Shown: positions 41,616 through 50,002 of the stretch, in pieces
Layout of the letters: every line of letters starts with the position of its first letter
Position numbering within the stretch: position 1 is the first letter of the stretch
IMG/VR virus record: IMGVR_UViG_3300045256_000058
Span: 82,348 to 146,347 of that record
Strand: one strand, 5' to 3'
Length of the DNA stretch: 64,000 bases
Source of the DNA: a virus
Position numbers and translations under genes: made by a program
Notes under the pieces: generated by a model
Seen by the model: only the letters and a program-made list of their open reading frames with translations
Told to the model about the DNA's origin: nothing
Databases searched by the model: none

Positions 41616-41679
41616 GGAGGGAGTCAGCAATCTAATTATGGATTACAATGTGATGTAAAAAACCAAACAAACTTCCTCC
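41616..41679 (+). ncRNA. CAGCAA-motif small RNA, copy 4
   Basis: GGAGGGAGT/ACTTCCTCC helix, CAGCAA at 41625-41630, inner TTACA/TGTAA hairpin, AAACAA linker. Confidence 0.75.
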
Positions 41680-41684
41680 GTTAT

Positions 41685-41755
41685 TCGGGTATGGTGTAAT
41701 GGTAACATAAGAGTCTTCCAAACTTTTGTTACGAGTTCGAGTCTCGTTACCCGAT
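41685..41755 (+). tRNA. tRNA-Gly(TCC)
   Basis: TCGGGTA/TACCCGA; AGAGT-CTTCCAA-ACTTT; ACGAG-TTCGAGT-CTCGT. Confidence 0.9.
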
Positions 41756-42266
41756 TCGTGAGCCTCTTTCGATGACCTTACGGCAGGTAGAAAGATGTGC
41801 CATGAAAGATGGGTCGCCGTTTTTACATAGGTTATACTACTTATGTAAATACCCATACCAAATCACATTATGTCTGAAACTAGATTGAACTGGTTAAACA
41901 CTAAAAAAGATTATATTCGTTACCTGTTTGCTCAAGCATTTGGTAATGCGGTAGCCGAAGTTGTAGCACAAGAGTTACGCTTCGGCTTTCGTATGGAAGA
42001 CAGATATGAGGATGTAATTAAATCATGCTGGCAAATGGCAGAAACAGCTACACAATTATTAGTTACGGAGGATGACGATGGAGAGTCTAGAGGAAAAGAT
42101 ATTTAACTATATTCGAGACAACCTTGACATTAGCCTGGAAAGAAGCTACGATAGTGATTATGGTAGTTATAATACAGGACTACATCTTACAGTCTTTCTA
42201 ACAAATCCTAAGACTGGACAGCAAGAAAGAATTATTTCTGAATATGTAACTCTAGATTAAGAGTTT

Positions 42267-42339
42267 GCTTCTTGATGCAGCTAGTGAAGCGACTTGTCTT
42301 ACAAACAAGGACTGAGAGGGGCGGAACCTCTAAGAAGCA
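42267..42339 (+). tRNA. tRNA-Val(TAC), atypical T-loop
   Basis: GCTTCTT/AAGAAGC; CTTGT-CTTACAA-ACAAG; AGAGG-GGCGGAA-CCTCT. Confidence 0.75.
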
Positions 42340-42817
42340 TATCGAAACCCTGGTCACAATCGAAATTCATAATGCCCTTGAATAGGAGAGGGAGATAAAG
42401 AATTACCAGATGCAGCGTTGTAGAGAGCCTCTTAAGAACAGGACGATACAACTCTTAGGTGGACGCATAGCTTATGCTGGTTTCGAGAGTATTATTACGG
42501 TGACAATTATGAGAGATGATAGTAAGTTACTTTTACAATACTTTCTTCGTCATGGAGATGTAGTTGAGAAAGCATTGATTGATTCTGTGACAGAGGGTTC
42601 ATCGTGGGATAATGAGCTGTCTGTAAATACTTGGTTATTGTCCACAATATTAATTGATTATTTTTGGACAAGGTTTGTTAAGTTACTTGAGTCTATTCCC
42701 GATGCAGAGGATAGAGACTTATTTATTTCCATTGCAAAGTATGTAGTTGGGAGTAATTTGGGGTTCAAAGAAGTTTCAACTGAGTTTATTAACAGAAAGA
42801 TAGAGCAGACTAAACAT

Positions 42818-42898
42818 GCGAGTATGGCGTAATGGTAGCCGCGTCAGTCTTAGAAACTGATGTCTTCGGGCGTGTAGGTTCGACTCCTATTACTCGCA
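42818..42898 (+). tRNA. tRNA-Leu(TAG)
   Basis: GCGAGTA/TACTCGC; TCAGT-CTTAGAA-ACTGA; variable arm; GTAGG-TTCGACT-CCTAT. Confidence 0.95.
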
Positions 42899-43088
42899 TC
42901 CCCTTCGTAAATTGCAAACACCTTTAACAAGTGAATGTAATTTATCGGGACACATCACCCTATGTGAGACGTGGGTACTACGGATTCCCAATTTTGTGTA
43001 GGTCGTGTAATTCAAAATTGGTGGTTATAACGTACCAAATAGCGCTAAACGTTAGACAGGGAGTGGAGTCATGAATTCACTCTCACTT

Positions 43089-43161
43089 CGAGCAGTAGTG
43101 TAATGGATTAGCACGAAGCGCTACGAACGCTTTAGTTTGGGTTCGAGTCCTGATTGCTCGG
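43089..43161 (+). tRNA. tRNA-Arg(ACG)
   Basis: CGAGCAG/TTGCTCG; AAGCG-CTACGAA-CGCTT; TTGGG-TTCGAGT-CCTGA. Confidence 0.9.
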
Positions 43162-43341
43162 TTGAGCCAGTACCTCTAAGCTGCTTGCTCACCCAACGAC
43201 TGTTGAGGGTTACTAGACAGCAGATATTTGATAATTTTTGCTGAGTAAAATTATACGCAATACTCATAACTTATACGGTTGTTAGAGGGCTATGCAAAGT
43301 TAGGGAGTATGCTTCGACATCTTAAGCACTGTCGAGGCTAT

Positions 43342-43412
43342 GGAGCATAACGCAATGGGTGCGCGGCTTGGCTTTCAACCAAGTGTAAAGGGTTCGAGTC
43401 CCTTATGCTCTT
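43342..43412 (+). tRNA. tRNA-Glu(TTC), atypical D-region
   Basis: GGAGCAT/ATGCTCT; CTTGG-CTTTCAA-CCAAG; AAGGG-TTCGAGT-CCCTT. Confidence 0.8.
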
Positions 43413-43637
43413 TTCGGTTTGCGTTATATAGGAGAAACCAGTATGGGAAAAACTATTCAAGATTTTCTCATGGAATCAGGAGCGAAATATTCGTCATTGT
43501 TAGGTGAATGCTACGAGACTTTCGTTTCAGATGTACTTGAGGGGAATTATGATTTAGCTTTAGAATTATTATTAACTTGCTCTTCTGAAAAAGCAGTAGA
43601 AGCTGAAAAGGTTATCAGTCTACTGTAGAAGTGATAT

Positions 43638-43688
43638 GCGGGGCTTGTGAGGACAGTGTACATTCGGGGTTCGACTCCCCTCCCCGCA
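43638..43688 (+). ncRNA. Miniature tRNA-like element (acceptor + T-arm, no anticodon arm)
   Basis: GCGGGG/CCCCGC-A with GGGG-TTCGACT-CCCC; only ~22 nt lie between the two. Confidence 0.55.
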
Positions 43689-43696
43689 TCTAGTAT

Positions 43697-43768
43697 CTCT
43701 GGGATGCCGAAGTAGATAGGCGAAAGATTGCAACCCTTTTGTAGCAGGCGCAAGTCCTGTCCCAGAGT
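43697..43768 (+). tRNA. tRNA-Cys(GCA), atypical T-loop
   Basis: CTCTGGG/CCCAGAG, U73; AAAGA-TTGCAAC-CCTTT; GCAGG-CGCAAGT-CCTGT. Confidence 0.8.
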
Positions 43769-43775
43769 CTTATAA

Positions 43776-43847
43776 CGCAGTGTAGCTTAATGGTAGAGCA
43801 TGAAATTCATATCTTCAGGGGTGGTAGTTCGACTCTACCCACTGCGA
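43776..43847 (+). tRNA. tRNA-Met(CAT) (elongator Met or Ile2 not resolved)
   Basis: CGCAGTG/CACTGCG; TGAAA-TTCATAT-CTTCA; GGTAG-TTCGACT-CTACC. Confidence 0.85.
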
Positions 43848-43860
43848 TTAGGAGGTAAAT

Positions 43861-44352
43861 ATGTTATTAGATTTGATTCACAAAATTGCGGCATTTTATA
43901 AACGAATAGGTAAATATAAAGTTATTATGGGTCGAGAGAATCCAGATAAGCTTTATTTAGAAAGACATTACTTACTGTTTCCTATGTCCTGGGAAAAGTT
44001 TATGCCTTTCAATGTTTATCTACATCGTTTTCATGAGTCTGATGATGAAGCTTGGAATGTACTTCATGACCATCCCTGGAATTGGATAAGTATTATTCTA
44101 ACGGGTAAGTATATGGAAACTAAAAAGACTGAGAATGGATTTAGTTTTCATGAAAGAAAAGCTGGAAGCATTCGTTTTGGTAAAGCTGATGATGCTCACC
44201 GAGTAGACTTAATTACTGACCCAGAAGTAGAAGAAATTTGGACAATTTTTATTACTGGTAGAAGATTTAGAGACTGGGGTTTTGTTAAAGACGGTCAATG
44301 GACATTCTGGAAAGATTATCTGGGTCTAAATAGACAGCACAAGGAGATTTAA
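43861..44352 (+). CDS. Cupin-fold protein
   Basis: 'VYLHRF..SD...LHDHPW...SIILTG.Y.E...HRV...WTIFITG'. Confidence 0.8.
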   Translation: MLLDLIHKIAAFYKRIGKYKVIMGRENPDKLYLERHYLLFPMSWEKFMPFNVYLHRFHESDDEAWNVLHDHPWNWISIILTGKYMETKKTENGFSFHERKAGSIRFGKADDAHRVDLITDPEVEEIWTIFITGRRFRDWGFVKDGQWTFWKDYLGLNRQHKEI

Positions 44353-45209
44353 TGAAATATGGTTTCGGAGCTAATTACATCCTGCTTACATATTTTGACA
44401 GAGTGGTACTATCTTTCGGTAAATTACTTGCTATCTTTAGCCCAAGACACAACCCTGATGACTACGATTTCGGAGATACTGTTATCTATTGGAACGGTCG
44501 TTTGGTTCTTTATCTTGATTGACGATATAGAGAGTAGAAAGTAATGGTTTACAATCCTTTTGATACGATTTGGAAGTTTTCCGTATTTAGATATGACGGA
44601 ATTTATACTTCTCCTCGCATGAATCTATTTGATATTTATGCGAAGTTACAATCTTGGTACTCACTTGACGAAGTATCTTATACAGTATTTCTAGCTTCCC
44701 TAAAGGATTTACTTCTAAAGGGCGATAGTACAATCAAAGTTGGATACAGTGACTACCATATTTTCATTGATGACAATTCTATTAGCACCAATAGCGCAGA
44801 GCTTGCAGCAGCATGAGCGAAACATTAACTACGACATCTAATGAAGAATTAGATATTGATTCATTATTCGATGAGTTAAATACTCCATTTACATTTCTTC
44901 AATTTCTATCTACTGATGGGGAAATGAAACATCATAGATTTGATTTGGTTAGAAAATTTCCTACTGACCTAGATGTAAATGAAGTTACATATCCCATTAA
45001 ACATGGTGGTTTTACTGGCGTATGCGTAGGAAGAGATGGTGATGGCTACTTTGTTGCCTCGGATAGAGCAAGAAGTTTTAGCTTTCCCACTATTGATAGT
45101 ATTCCAGATGATGTAATACTTCGTCTAGGTCAAACATTTAATCTTCGTCCACTATTCTAGTTGTTATGTTGTATCATATTTTGGAAAAGTGAAGTGCTTT
45201 TCCTTTCTT

Positions 45210-45293
45210 GGGTAGGTATGCAAATTGGCTGAAGCAACCTGTCTGTAAAACAGTCGTCCCTGACCGTTGGGGGTTCGAATCCCTCCCTACCCA
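45210..45293 (+). tRNA. tRNA-Tyr(GTA)
   Basis: GGGTAGG/CCTACCC; CTGT-CTGTAAA-ACAG; variable arm; GGGGG-TTCGAAT-CCCTC. Confidence 0.9.
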
Positions 45294-45912
45294 TTTTCAA
45301 GGTGATAATATGAAATTTTTTGATGTAAAACCTAATTGGAATTGGAAAGAATTCTATTTTGAATTACCCTTTTCAAACGGTAATATTTGGATTGAATGTG
45401 ACTTAGATAATAACGTTTACTATGACATTAGTATTCGTAAAATGTACAATGTTAAACCTAAATTTCAACGACTACTTGGAACTAGAGATTCAATGACTTT
45501 ACTTTCTATTGGATTTTTAATTCCTTTTCGTAAATCTAGTAATGGAGCAATTTAGCATGTCAGACCCTAAAGAAGAAGCAAAGCAATTAATAGCCCAAGA
45601 TTTGTCACCGAATCAATATGTAAGCAGAGAAGGTGATGATAGAAACTCTTATCGTGTTGCTGGGAAAGTTTATTCCGAAGCTAACGATGGAAGTGTAGAC
45701 CAAATTGTTATTGAAGTAGGTAGTGAGGTCAGAACTATGAATGTATCTGATATGAGTCTATGATTGAATTAATATCATTATTCGTGGGATTTCTAAGCAT
45801 TACTGGTGGTGGAGCTAGTTTAGCTCAAGAACTAGACAGTAGTGACCGTAAACCTACTTTTCTCGATGACCAAGAGGCTGGTAGGGTAAAGAGTAGACCA
45901 GCAAAATAACAT

Positions 45913-45997
45913 GGAAGGTTGACAGAGTGGTAATGTGCTGCACTGCTAACGCTAGGCTAGGGTAACACCTACAGGAGTTCGATTCTCTTACCTTCCG
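45913..45997 (+). tRNA. tRNA-Ser(GCT), distorted anticodon stem
   Basis: GGAAGGT/ACCTTCC, G73; loop CTGCTAA; long variable arm; AGGAG-TTCGATT-CTCTT. Confidence 0.8.
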
Positions 45998-46066
45998 CTT
46001 ACAGTTAAGGAGTTATACGAAAACGTCTGATAGTGTGTTTCATAGCCAGTATAGTTAGCAATTTGA

Positions 46067-46096
46067 TTGACATATTTAATATCTGTCGCGTATAAT
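46067..46096 (+). promoter_or_regulatory. Consensus sigma70 promoter
   Basis: TTGACA-18bp-TATAAT. Confidence 0.8.
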
Positions 46097-46137
46097 TATT
46101 GAATGGTGAAAAACCAAATATTGAATGCGGCAGACAT

Positions 46138-46210
46138 GGAATCTTGGTGAAGATGGTTCTCACGTCTGTCTGAAGAACAGAAGAATCCAGTTCGATTCTG
46201 GGAGATTCCA
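46138..46210 (+). tRNA. tRNA-Phe(GAA)
   Basis: GGAATCT/AGATTCC; TCTGT-CTGAAGA-ACAGA; T-loop TTCGATT. Confidence 0.9.
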
Positions 46211-46431
46211 TTAATGGAAATGAACACTAATACGACTTTCGACAACAGATTAGATTTTATCGGACGAAACAGCAGTGCCATAGTTTGTATCTATGTAAAA
46301 ACCTTGCTTGAAGAACTTTCATGTAACGACAAACTAAAGACGGAGTACGAAGAGTGGCTTTCAAAAAGAGCTGAATTACGGCACAAGATATACGAAGCTT
46401 GCTCACAATCAACAGAAATACAGGTGACATT

Positions 46432-47112
46432 ATGAAACTAAGTATTGAAATCAGACCCGGAGAAGGTGGAAAGGATGCTCAATTGTTAGTATCCACAGTA
46501 GCAGATATGTATAGAAGCTATTGTTCTAGAAGTGATATTAAATACTCTGTTATTTCAGACGGGCTTAATTAGCTGACAATCGAAGTAGAGGGAAAGGAAA
46601 AAGTTGTCAAGCCCCTACTTCAAGAAGCTGGAGGACATAGATTTCAACGTATTCCTCCTACAGAGAAAAGTGGAAGAGTTCATACCTCTACAGTTACAGT
46701 AGCGGTAATGGAAATATCTTCAACCTCTTATTCTATTTCTAGAGACGACATTAAAGTTAGAACTACTAAAGACAGTGGTGCTGGTGGTCAACATAGAAAT
46801 AAGACTGAAAGTTGTGTGGTAATGAAACATGAGCCAACAGGAATCACAGTCAAAGCAGCAAAGAAATCCCAACATCAAAACCGAAAGAATGCAAAGAAAG
46901 AACTTGAAGTTCGAGTACAGCATTGGCATCAGAAAAATGAAAAGATTGCTGAAGATGAAACTCGACGCATTCAAGTAGGTAGCGGAATGAGAGGGGATAA
47001 GGTTCGTACCTATCGTGAAAGAGATGATATTGTAATTAATCATATTTCTAACGGTAAGGCACGTTACTCCGATATATTGAGCGGAAGGTTAGAAAAAATA
47101 TGGCAGAGCTAG
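46432..47112 (+). CDS. Class I peptide chain release factor, RF1-type, lacking domain 1, with in-frame UAG at codon 47
   Basis: MKLSIEIRPGEGGKDAQL...DGLN*LTIEVEG...EAGGHRFQRIPPTEKSGRVHTSTVTVAV...GAGGQHRNKTESCV...RGDKVRTY. TAG at 46570-46572; both parts are in the same frame. Confidence 0.9.
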
Positions 47113-47663
47113 GTAAAGTTCTTATTGTAGATATTGAATCTACTTGTTGGGAACAAGGTAAACAACCGAAAGACCAATCTTCTGAGATTATTGAAATCGG
47201 ATTGTCATTAGTTGATACGAAAGACTTAAAAATTATCTTTACCGATTCGTGGTTAATTCAACCAACTGAATCACAAATATCTGGTTTTTGTACTACATTA
47301 ACTGGTATTACTCCAAATATGCCGGGAGCAGGTTATAGAACTTTCTATGACTCTTTAATGTATCTTCGTAATAACTATAACTCTAAGAAAGTTGCTTGGG
47401 GAAGCTGGGGTAATTACGATAGAAAGATGTTTCAAAATCAATGTTCATCGAGAGGTGAGTCGTATCCATTTAGTGACACTCATATTAATGTAAAGAATTT
47501 ATTTGCATTAGGCAGAGGGTTAGAAAGAGAAGTAGGCATGGCTGAAGCTCTTAAGTACGAAGGCATGGATTTGATTGGAAACCACCATCGAGCAGGTGAT
47601 GATTCGTTGAATATTGCTCGACTTTATATCTCTTTACTTAGAGACTTACGCAGAGGTAATTAG
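47100..47663 (+). CDS. DEDDh 3'-5' exonuclease (ERI-1/KapD-like)
   Basis: 'IVDIESTCW', 'EIIEIG', 'FCTTLTGIT', 'SWGNYD', 'HHRAGDDS'. Confidence 0.9.
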   Translation: MAELGKVLIVDIESTCWEQGKQPKDQSSEIIEIGLSLVDTKDLKIIFTDSWLIQPTESQISGFCTTLTGITPNMPGAGYRTFYDSLMYLRNNYNSKKVAWGSWGNYDRKMFQNQCSSRGESYPFSDTHINVKNLFALGRGLEREVGMAEALKYEGMDLIGNHHRAGDDSLNIARLYISLLRDLRRGN

Positions 47664-47960
47664 AATGGCTAAACCGTTAAATGAGATTGAACAACTCAAA
47701 CAAAATATGACTGCTATGTTTGCACTTCAAATGGCAGCTTTTGGCTTACAACTACAACAAGCTGTGGGACTTAGCAACAAGAAGCGTGAAGAAGGAATGA
47801 ATGTTCTTCGTCAAGCATCTGAATTAGTAAATGAAATGCAAGCTAGTATTCGCTACGAAGAAGAAACAGAAAGTGCAACTGAGCAAGTAGAGACTTCTGA
47901 AGATGATTTAGAAGAGGATATTTGGGATGCTATTGAGCGTCGTCTTCTTAAAAGTGTAAT

Positions 47961-48032
47961 GGGGGCTTAGTGGTAATGGCAGCACGTTGCTTTTGCACGG
48001 CAAAGGTAGGAGTTCGATTCTCCTAGCTTCCA
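47961..48032 (+). tRNA. tRNA-Ala(TGC)
   Basis: GGGGGCT/AGCTTCC with G3-U70; TTGCT-TTTGCAC-GGCAA; AGGAG-TTCGATT-CTCCT. Confidence 0.9.
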
Positions 48033-48034
48033 CT

Positions 48035-48108
48035 GTGACTGTAGCATAATGGCTTGAATGCACTGGACTGTGAATCCGGTAATACGAGTTCGATTCTCGT
48101 CAGTCACC
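48035..48108 (+). tRNA. tRNA-His(GTG)
   Basis: GTGACTG/CAGTCAC, C73; CTGGA-CTGTGAA-TCCGG; ACGAG-TTCGATT-CTCGT. Confidence 0.9.
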
Positions 48109-48234
48109 TAAAGATTAGTGATTTGTATCCCGCCTTAAGCCTTTATGGTGACAAAGCTTAGATATGGCGCTAAGACTAATCTTTAGCAGATGAAAACACG
48201 CTAGAACTGCTTTAACAAAAACTAGCGGACTTAT

Positions 48235-48317
48235 GGGAAGAGTATTAAACACCTCAGTTATGAGATGTCCCGCAAATTACTAATGGTAAATGTTGGTTCG
48301 AATCCATCCTCTTCCCC
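48235..48317 (+). ncRNA. tRNA-like element with non-canonical middle
   Basis: GGGAAGAG/CTCTTCCC closing helix and T-loop GG-TTCGAAT-CC; no canonical D or anticodon arm. Confidence 0.5.
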
Positions 48318-48365
48318 TGTACTGAAAATGGTACTATTATATGTGACACTATCTTTGCCACATAT

Positions 48366-49343
48366 ATGTTTGAAATTCCAGAAACATCGAATCTTCTTGA
48401 TACGCTGTATTACAATACTGCACAGGAACACTATTGGTCTACTCCTATTCCATATTCGGGACAGACTTTGGACTTATATAAACTGCTTCACTTAAGAGCA
48501 GATTTATGTAACTTTATTGTAAACGAAGCGTATAATATACTTCATCCTAAGTATCCAGATGTTCCATACGAAGTAATCCGAGTAGAAGTACTATGTACAA
48601 ATATTAATAAGTCGTTTCTAATTACGGCTATTGATGCGAAAGAGATACTTTTAAGTGGCATCATAGATACTGAGTTCATTTCTAAGACTGGTATCATTTC
48701 ACATGACGAATATCACAGTGTAATTAAAGATATTCTAAAGGGAATATTGGAGCGAGATAATCGTTATAATTCTCTAGTAAGCAGAGGACTAATAGATTAT
48801 TTTACTACCTATCATGATATTGCTGGTCATAGACTCGTAAGAGAACTAGCCCCAGATGATGTGATTGATGAGCTTTGTTTCACATCTAGAATGCAAAGAA
48901 ATCAACCCATGAATACGCACTTTATCTTCGGTAAGTTATTAGCTCCGTTATTCAGAGATTGTTGTCAAAAGAACTTTGACCGTAGAACTATCTTTGAAAC
49001 AATGGTATCTAAGCTAGTTCTTTATTTAGAAGGTAAGACATCGTTATGTGACGGGGATGGTAATTGTCATTTTCTAGGTTGCCAAGTAACACAATTAGAG
49101 GCAGACTACGCTACACGCTCACACGCGGGAGAGCCTACAGTTAGTCACTATGCTCCTGTGTTATATACACGGTACAGAGAGGACAATGTATATCAGGGTG
49201 ATTACTTAGATAAGTTTCTATTAAAAGCTGATTTGTATTCCTTTTTAGTAAGACTTAGCCAAAGAACACAACGGTCAATCTATCAAGACTCCTTCTATAT
49301 GAGAGACGAAGTAATTCAAACTGCATTTTCAAAGTTTGCGTAA
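48366..49343 (+). CDS. Hypothetical protein
   Basis: 325-aa ORF. Confidence 0.75.
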   Translation: MFEIPETSNLLDTLYYNTAQEHYWSTPIPYSGQTLDLYKLLHLRADLCNFIVNEAYNILHPKYPDVPYEVIRVEVLCTNINKSFLITAIDAKEILLSGIIDTEFISKTGIISHDEYHSVIKDILKGILERDNRYNSLVSRGLIDYFTTYHDIAGHRLVRELAPDDVIDELCFTSRMQRNQPMNTHFIFGKLLAPLFRDCCQKNFDRRTIFETMVSKLVLYLEGKTSLCDGDGNCHFLGCQVTQLEADYATRSHAGEPTVSHYAPVLYTRYREDNVYQGDYLDKFLLKADLYSFLVRLSQRTQRSIYQDSFYMRDEVIQTAFSKFA

Positions 49344-49505
49344 AAGCAAATGAAACCTACTTTCACAGCTATGGGTGGAAACACATGATTGGTTGCTTGA
49401 AATCCACAGGTCACTTCAATGGTCAAAGAACGGTCAACGAGCATTAGGTTGAGGCGTAGTTGGTATTTTGTAAGGAACTGCAAAATATACGAAGTAGGTT
49501 GTCAT

Positions 49506-49576
49506 CGGGCATTGGTGAATGGGTATCACATCTACCTGTCTAGTAGAATTAACGAGTTCGAGTCTCGTATGCCTGG
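49506..49576 (+). tRNA. tRNA-Asp(GTC)
   Basis: CGGGCAT/ATGCCTG; TCTAC-CTGTCTA-GTAGA; ACGAG-TTCGAGT-CTCGT. Confidence 0.9.
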
Positions 49577-49931
49577 TATTTAGTTTAGGAGTATGTTTAT
49601 GTTACTAGCTCAAATTGTTTTTCAACCATCTTGTACTGCTGCTACTTATGCAGTTCGTATTCCTGGTAGCGGCTTGACATTCGATAAAAAATATACTACA
49701 GTAGAAAGATGCTCCTTCGATACCTCAATGGGTGCTACTGAAGGGTATCAAATTAAATTCACATCTAAGGCTAGTTTGAATAAAGCTTATGCAGAATTAG
49801 CAAAGATGTACAAAAACATCATGCGGGTAGAGAATAGAGTTTCACGATAGGAAAATCTTAGTATTCTAGACTATGCGAACATGAGTACTATGTTGCATGA
49901 AGTAGGTGCAAGTTCTACCACCCGCTCTCTT

Positions 49932-50002
49932 CGGGATATAGTAGATGGGTATAACTGGAAGTTTGGGACTTCCAAAACTGGGTTCGAGTCCTAGTATCCC
50001 GA
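49932..50002 (+). tRNA. tRNA-Pro(TGG)
   Basis: CGGGATA/TATCCCG; GGAAG-TTTGGGA-CTTCC; CTGGG-TTCGAGT-CCTAG. Confidence 0.9.

Noticed and set aside
36665-41679. CAGCAA elements as a CRISPR array or as intrinsic terminators
   Set aside because: Spacing is irregular, only about 7 nt are identical, and no cas genes are present. The loops are 35-45 nt, there are no U-tails, and two copies sit at a transcript 5' end.
45208-45309. N-terminal extensions of ORFs 45208, 57184, 48265 and 29918
   Set aside because: The extensions run through tRNA or tRNA-like sequence or leaders; real starts are downstream at RBS-preceded ATGs (e.g. 45310, 57310, 29974).
46570-46572. Genome-wide UAG reassignment
   Set aside because: Many genes end in TAG with tight downstream packing, other conserved genes are not interrupted, and no CTA-anticodon tRNA was found.
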